From positions 1 through 40,025 of IMG/VR virus record IMGVR_UViG_3300025803_000024: a stretch of 40,025 nucleotides of DNA, one strand, 5' to 3'. A program made the translations under genes and the position numbers. Position 1 is the stretch's first letter, and each line of letters starts with the position of its first letter. This document shows, piece after piece, positions 34,800 to 40,025 of the stretch. Source of the DNA: a virus. Taxonomy: Duplodnaviria; Caudoviricetes. Below the pieces are notes generated by a model. The model saw only the letters and a program-made list of their open reading frames with translations. It did not search any database and was not told the origin of the DNA.

Positions 34800-37700
34800 T
34801 GGCCGTTGATTATGCTGGTATAAAGAACGATATCCTAGGTGATGAAGTACCTGAAAAAACATTAGACACTCAGTTGTACTACGGCAATGGAGTTTATTTA
34901 AAACCTTTGTCAAAGCAGGAACGAGCTTTGCAAAAATTAAAAGAGCCTGAAACTATAGAGCAAATCAGAGACTTTTTAGCCTACAAAGATAATAACCAAG
35001 CTATCCTAGGTTATGAACCAGCAGAAGTTCTTGAAGAATTTTACAATGATAGAAGCTGGGCTAACAACAACACTATAGGAATGGGTGCTGATTTATGGGA
35101 TGTCACTGGCATGGACCTACGCCGTAAACAACAGTATGCTTTTATTCAGGGTATATATAATGATTTACCTTATTTTTGGAATGACCCAAATCGTGACTTT
35201 GGTCCGTGGTTAGTTGACATGGGACAAGCATTGTTAATGGACCCATTAAATCTTATTACTTTGGGTGTTGGTGGACAAGTAGCTAAACAAGGTTTTAGAA
35301 CTTTGCTAAACCAAGGGTTGAATAAGATTGCGGCAAAACAGGTCAACAAAAACTTAATCAAAGAAATTGCGGAAGACAATGCTAAAAAGAATCTTAAAAA
35401 TGCTGTCTATAAAAGTGCATTGCTAGAAGGCAGTATAACTGGTCTAGCCACAGGAACATTTGATGTACTACAACAAAATATAAATAAACAAATCTCACCT
35501 GATACAGAATATGATTTAAAACAAACACTATATGCCACAGCTGCAGGGTTTGGCTTTGGTACTACTTTAGGTGCTGCATTTGGATATGGTTCATTTACAT
35601 TTAGAAATAAAGCATTGAAAAATGAAACTATACAAACATTTAGTAAGTTAAAAGATTTAGGATTGAGTGAAGAAACTCCAGGTAAAGTGTTGTTTGATGC
35701 AGTAGATAAACGATATCTAAATCACACAGTGCATATACCTCTTGAAAGAACAGCTGATGAAAGTGCTAATGATTACATACTAAAACTGTATGGTGATTTG
35801 TCACAGCATTTTAACCCTAAATATACACCTGACACACCAGGAGAAGTCGCAGGGCGTACATATAAACCAGATGAATTAGAGAAGTTACCTTTTAACATTC
35901 GTCTATTCCCTGAAGAAGTGCAACCTGACTTAGCCAGGCTTATTGAACGACAAGTAGCAACGGATGTAGATTATTATAATTCTCCTAACTTTGACCGTGC
36001 AGAAGTTATAGAACGTTTATCAACTAAAGACATTTCTAATCCTGCAAAATTAATCGAGGCCCTAGAAGGTAAACTAGGGGGAGATGAAGCAAGAGAAATT
36101 GCGGTAAACATTCTATCGTTAGATAAACTAAATCAATTTATCTTAACAGCGAAACGAGATTTAGCAATTCAAATCTCAAGAGGAGACATTACTACTGCAG
36201 ATTTTGACATACTATCTAAAGAAGCTGCAAAACTTGGCAGAATATCAGATGCTTTAGTTGCTAACTCTAAGAAGTTTAAAGGACGAATTGCTAACATCCT
36301 GCAAACCATGGGTATTAAAAAAGAAGATATCTTTGCAGAAGTAGAAGAATTAAAATTTAAACCAACAGACCCATACATGAAAGCACTTGCTGAAGGTGAT
36401 ATTAATGCACAGAAAAAGTATTGGGAAACAGTTGCAAAATTTACTGACTATGAACAGATGAAGATTGCATTAACTGATATTAAGAATTATGACTCATTAG
36501 ATTTATGGGCCACGTGGGTTAACAACGCATTGTTGTCCTCACCTGATACGCATATACTTAACATAACCTCAGGGCTATTTCAAATGCAATGGCAGCCTAT
36601 ACAATTGTATACACGTGGCTTTTTAATGCGTAAGGTAGATAAAGAATTATCTGCTAAATACAGACGAGAAGCATTAGAAACTTGGCAGTATTCAATGGTC
36701 TATCTTAAGGAAGGTGTACAGGCTTTTGCTAACTCATTTAAAAACAACAGAAACTTTTTAAGTTCCTCTGAATTAAAGTATGATATTAATGTTAACCAAC
36801 GTGTGTTAGAACACGTGATACAAAAAATAGGTGAAAAGTTTACATCAAAACTTCCACAAGTTATTGGAGATAAACTCCAAGCAGGGATTAATGTCGGTGC
36901 TAAAGTCGTAAACTTACCTCTTCGTGCATTACAGGCTGGAGATGAATTCATTAAAACAACAGCATTTAAAGCTAGAAGTGCATCTAAAATTAATTCTATT
37001 ATCATGAAAGAGAATCCTGCATTGTTAGAAAACAAGTTTGGATTACTAGGCAAAGCAGACCCACAATACAAAAAACGTTTCAATGAGTTGATGGAAAATT
37101 TCTTCTCTAAAGAAGTTAGAAATGAATCAGGACAGATTATACAGTATGGTGGACGTGCCTTATCATTAGACAAATTAGATTTTCCTGAGTTACCAGCTGT
37201 TGATAGACTTACAGATAACGACAGTTTAGTATACGCAGATAGAGTAGCATTTACGCAGCGTGGATATCGAGAAAGTAAAATCAATGATTATGGTGAAGTT
37301 GAGTACGGTAAAGATTTAACAGGTACTACAGCCAAGATTATACAGGGATTAAGCGGTGATTATAAATGGGCAAGAATTTTAGGACTTCACTTTGTAAACA
37401 CACCAGGTAACTTAACTCGTTTCGTGTTTCAGCACGCACCATTTAGTTTAGGAAAGTATCAAAGAGATATGAAATATATGCTTCGTAAAAATAAAGATGG
37501 AAGCTATGTAAATCCAACAGCGGCTTATGAAGCAAAAGCAAGAATGAACTTAGGTAATCTTACTTGGGTGGCAGGTATTGGACTTGCTTTAATGGGTAAG
37601 ACTACAGGTGGTGGTTCAAGAGATTACAGAGTCAATGAGTTCCGAGAAAAAGAAGGACTGTGGCAACCATACTCATATAGAACATCTGATGGGTTTGTTA

Positions 37701-38689
37701 GTCTTAACAGATTAGACCCTTTGTTTACTCCTTTTATGATTGCAGCAGATATTGTGCAGATTATACAGGATTTTGAAATGGAAGGCGTAGGTCTTAACGA
37801 AGAAACAGTGGACAAACTGATGGAAGCAGGTATGGGAGTTTTCATGAGTTTATATAGAAACTTTACTTCTAAATTTTATACGAAAGGAATTGTTGATATA
37901 ATAGATACATTCCTTGGACCAGGCCTAGCTCTGTCATATTCACCTGAAAGAAAACTTGCATCAGTTGCAGCACAGTTTACACAAAAAGCTGTACCACTGT
38001 CAGGATTCTTAAGGTATGCAGATAGAGTTACTGTTGACCACACACAGCAACTATGGGGCTATGTAGACCAGCTAAGAAGGTTAACACCTGGGACTGCAGC
38101 AGTAGATGCTAAACTAGATTCATTTGGTACACCTGTACCTCGTCCTAAAGGTAGGATGATACTTCCAGTAGGTGGTTTAGGTTTTGCTACACTACCTGTT
38201 GATTTACCTTCTACACCATTTGCATATACAAAATTTAAAGATACTGTCACTAATAGATACTTTGAGGAAAGTGGGTTCACTATAAATGCACCTGTGTTCT
38301 CAGATAGGAAGTCTGATTTAGATTTACGTTATATTAAAAATGAGAAAGGGCAAAGTGCTTACAATTATATGTGGCAAGAAAGTGGTAAGATTAAACTTTA
38401 TCAACGTGATGTTGGAAGACAGATGACTCTTAGAGAGTATGTTGAGTGGAGCATTACTAATCCTCGTAGTGAATTCAATAAACTTTATGCAGGTGAAGGT
38501 GAAGGTGGACAATTTGAGTATTTACGTAGTGTTTATAACAAATACAGACGTGAAGCAAGAGATAAAGTAATTAAAGAAAATATATTCCCTGAAATTAGAC
38601 AAGGGCGTATAGATAAACAGTTAGAAATTAAAAGAAAGAAAAAGGAAGCAAGAGAAACGCAACTACAAAGATTGATACAAGGAGAGTAA
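34799..38689 (+). CDS. Internal virion protein D (gp16-like)
   Basis: 1296 aa; NALLSSPDTH, PLRAL.AGDEF.K, FVNTPGN, WQPYS...NRLDP; precedes the tail fibre. Confidence 0.75.
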   Translation: MAVDYAGIKNDILGDEVPEKTLDTQLYYGNGVYLKPLSKQERALQKLKEPETIEQIRDFLAYKDNNQAILGYEPAEVLEEFYNDRSWANNNTIGMGADLWDVTGMDLRRKQQYAFIQGIYNDLPYFWNDPNRDFGPWLVDMGQALLMDPLNLITLGVGGQVAKQGFRTLLNQGLNKIAAKQVNKNLIKEIAEDNAKKNLKNAVYKSALLEGSITGLATGTFDVLQQNINKQISPDTEYDLKQTLYATAAGFGFGTTLGAAFGYGSFTFRNKALKNETIQTFSKLKDLGLSEETPGKVLFDAVDKRYLNHTVHIPLERTADESANDYILKLYGDLSQHFNPKYTPDTPGEVAGRTYKPDELEKLPFNIRLFPEEVQPDLARLIERQVATDVDYYNSPNFDRAEVIERLSTKDISNPAKLIEALEGKLGGDEAREIAVNILSLDKLNQFILTAKRDLAIQISRGDITTADFDILSKEAAKLGRISDALVANSKKFKGRIANILQTMGIKKEDIFAEVEELKFKPTDPYMKALAEGDINAQKKYWETVAKFTDYEQMKIALTDIKNYDSLDLWATWVNNALLSSPDTHILNITSGLFQMQWQPIQLYTRGFLMRKVDKELSAKYRREALETWQYSMVYLKEGVQAFANSFKNNRNFLSSSELKYDINVNQRVLEHVIQKIGEKFTSKLPQVIGDKLQAGINVGAKVVNLPLRALQAGDEFIKTTAFKARSASKINSIIMKENPALLENKFGLLGKADPQYKKRFNELMENFFSKEVRNESGQIIQYGGRALSLDKLDFPELPAVDRLTDNDSLVYADRVAFTQRGYRESKINDYGEVEYGKDLTGTTAKIIQGLSGDYKWARILGLHFVNTPGNLTRFVFQHAPFSLGKYQRDMKYMLRKNKDGSYVNPTAAYEAKARMNLGNLTWVAGIGLALMGKTTGGGSRDYRVNEFREKEGLWQPYSYRTSDGFVSLNRLDPLFTPFMIAADIVQIIQDFEMEGVGLNEETVDKLMEAGMGVFMSLYRNFTSKFYTKGIVDIIDTFLGPGLALSYSPERKLASVAAQFTQKAVPLSGFLRYADRVTVDHTQQLWGYVDQLRRLTPGTAAVDAKLDSFGTPVPRPKGRMILPVGGLGFATLPVDLPSTPFAYTKFKDTVTNRYFEESGFTINAPVFSDRKSDLDLRYIKNEKGQSAYNYMWQESGKIKLYQRDVGRQMTLREYVEWSITNPRSEFNKLYAGEGEGGQFEYLRSVYNKYRREARDKVIKENIFPEIRQGRIDKQLEIKRKKKEARETQLQRLIQGE

Positions 38690-38694
38690 AGAAG

Positions 38695-38712
38695 GATAAG
38701 TTCCCTTCTTAG
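38695..38712 (+). promoter_or_regulatory. Phage RNAP promoter (tail fibre, phi17-like position)
   Basis: GATAAGTTCCCTTCTTAG. Confidence 0.8.
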
Positions 38713-38720
38713 AAGATATT

Positions 38721-40025
38721 ATGGCAAATTCATTCGTAAGATACACAGGTGACGGTAGCACGACTACTTATTCAGTGCCGTTTAGCTATCGTAGCCAAGA
38801 TGACATTACAGTAACCATTGGTGGTGTAGTAACAACTGCTTTCACTTACAATGCAGCAGGGACAGAAATTACATTTACAAGTCCACCTGCAGACCAGAGT
38901 GCTATCCAAATTACTCGTAAGACCAGCCAGGGAACAAAGCTAGTAGACTATACGTCAGGCTCTGTTCTTACAGAAGGCGACTTAGACACAGACTCAGACC
39001 AGGCATTTTTCATGGCACAAGAGGCTATCGATGATGCTGATGATGTTATCAAGATATCAGCAGTTAACTTCCAATGGGATGCCACAAGTAAAAGAATTAT
39101 AAATGTAAGTGACCCAACAGATGCACAAGATGCAGCTACAAAGACATGGGTTGAAACAGCAGCGACTTCACAAGTAACAGCTGCAACTACACAAGCAACA
39201 AATGCAGCTAACAGTGCAACTGCGGCAGCAACAAGTGCAAGTAATGCCTCTACATCAGAGAGCAATGCCGCTACAAGTGCAACTAATGCCTCTAATAGTG
39301 CTACAACAGCGACTACACAGGCATCTAATGCTAGCACAAGCGCAACAAATGCAGCCACATCGGCTACAAATGCGGCAACTAGCGAGACTAATGCGGCAAC
39401 TTCAGCCACAAATGCAGCAACCTCAGAGACTAATGCGGCTACTTCAGCATCAAACGCATCTACTTCTGAGAGTAATGCAAGTTCCTCAGCTAGTGCAGCA
39501 AGCACATCTGCTACAGCAGCAGCGTCTAGTGCGACAAGTGCTAGTGGGAGTGCAACAACAGCTACAACAAAAGCATCTGAGGCATCAACTTCAGCCACTA
39601 ATGCAGCAACTAGTGCAACCAATGCAGCAACCTCAGAGACTAATGCAGGTACATCCGAAACAAATGCTGCTAACTCAGCTACAGCGGCAGCAACTAGTGA
39701 AACTAATGCGGCTAATAGTGCGACAGCTGCAGCTACAAGTGCGACAAATGCTGGAACTTCTGAAACCAATGCAGCTACTTCTGCTACTAACGCAAGTAAC
39801 TCAGCAACTGCAGCAGCAACTAGTGAAACAAATGCAGCAGCAAGTTATGATAGTTTTGATGATAGATATTTAGGAGCTAAGAGTTCAGCACCAACAGTAG
39901 ATAATGATGGAGATGCGTTAATCACAGGTGCATTATATTTTGATACCACTGCAAATGAAATGAGAGTATATAATGGATCTGCATGGGCATCAGCAGGTTC
40001 AGCAGTAAATGGAACTTCTGGCAGA
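38721..40025 (+). CDS. Tail fibre protein (gp17-like), N-terminal part, runs off the window end
   Basis: MANSFVRYTGDGSTTTYSVPFSY...LVDYTSGSVLTEGDLD...Q.FFMAQEA is a T7 gp17-type anchor domain; no stop codon, so absent from the ORF track. Confidence 0.92.
   Translation, partial: MANSFVRYTGDGSTTTYSVPFSYRSQDDITVTIGGVVTTAFTYNAAGTEITFTSPPADQSAIQITRKTSQGTKLVDYTSGSVLTEGDLDTDSDQAFFMAQEAIDDADDVIKISAVNFQWDATSKRIINVSDPTDAQDAATKTWVETAATSQVTAATTQATNAANSATAAATSASNASTSESNAATSATNASNSATTATTQASNASTSATNAATSATNAATSETNAATSATNAATSETNAATSASNASTSESNASSSASAASTSATAAASSATSASGSATTATTKASEASTSATNAATSATNAATSETNAGTSETNAANSATAAATSETNAANSATAAATSATNAGTSETNAATSATNASNSATAAATSETNAAASYDSFDDRYLGAKSSAPTVDNDGDALITGALYFDTTANEMRVYNGSAWASAGSAVNGTSGR
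38938..39987 (+). repeat. Imperfect terminal overlap, copy 2 (matches 1-1050)
   Basis: Direct comparison with the window start. Confidence 0.95.

Noticed and set aside
36700-37284. 194-aa minus-strand ORF and the other short minus-strand ORFs in the track
   Set aside because: All are antisense to well-supported + strand genes and show no recognisable motifs.
38721-40025. Diversity-generating retroelement or invertase switching as the cause of the two fibre alleles
   Set aside because: No reverse transcriptase or recombinase gene is present, and the differences are not adenine-specific.

Overview
The window is an essentially complete T7-like (Autographiviridae-type) podovirus genome. All credible genes are on the + strand. 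It is circularly permuted and broken inside the tail-fibre gene: position 1 corresponds to 38938, giving a unit length of about 38,937 bp, and the two overlapping ends are non-identical tail-fibre alleles. Gene order is tail-fibre C-terminus, lysis/membrane genes, terminases, lysozyme, non-coding end region (~7700-8630), early genes, RNA polymerase, replication genes with a class II ribonucleotide reductase, head/tail genes, tail-fibre N-terminus. I saw no integrase, tRNA or CRISPR array, and the host cannot be assigned from the sequence alone. The main finding is an array of four intact hammerhead ribozymes (one type III, three type I; 8539-9831), one in front of each of the first four early genes. 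They sit where T7 uses RNase III sites and would cut the early transcript into single-gene RNAs, one of which can re-form a hammerhead from its own two ends. Other observations: three Zur-box-like palindromes in the end region, two covarying pseudoknots in early leaders, a family of phage-RNAP promoters (one antisense to the holin genes), a gp3.5 amidase lacking its Zn ligands, and four very basic proteins between scaffold and capsid. All structures were folded by eye and no searches were run.
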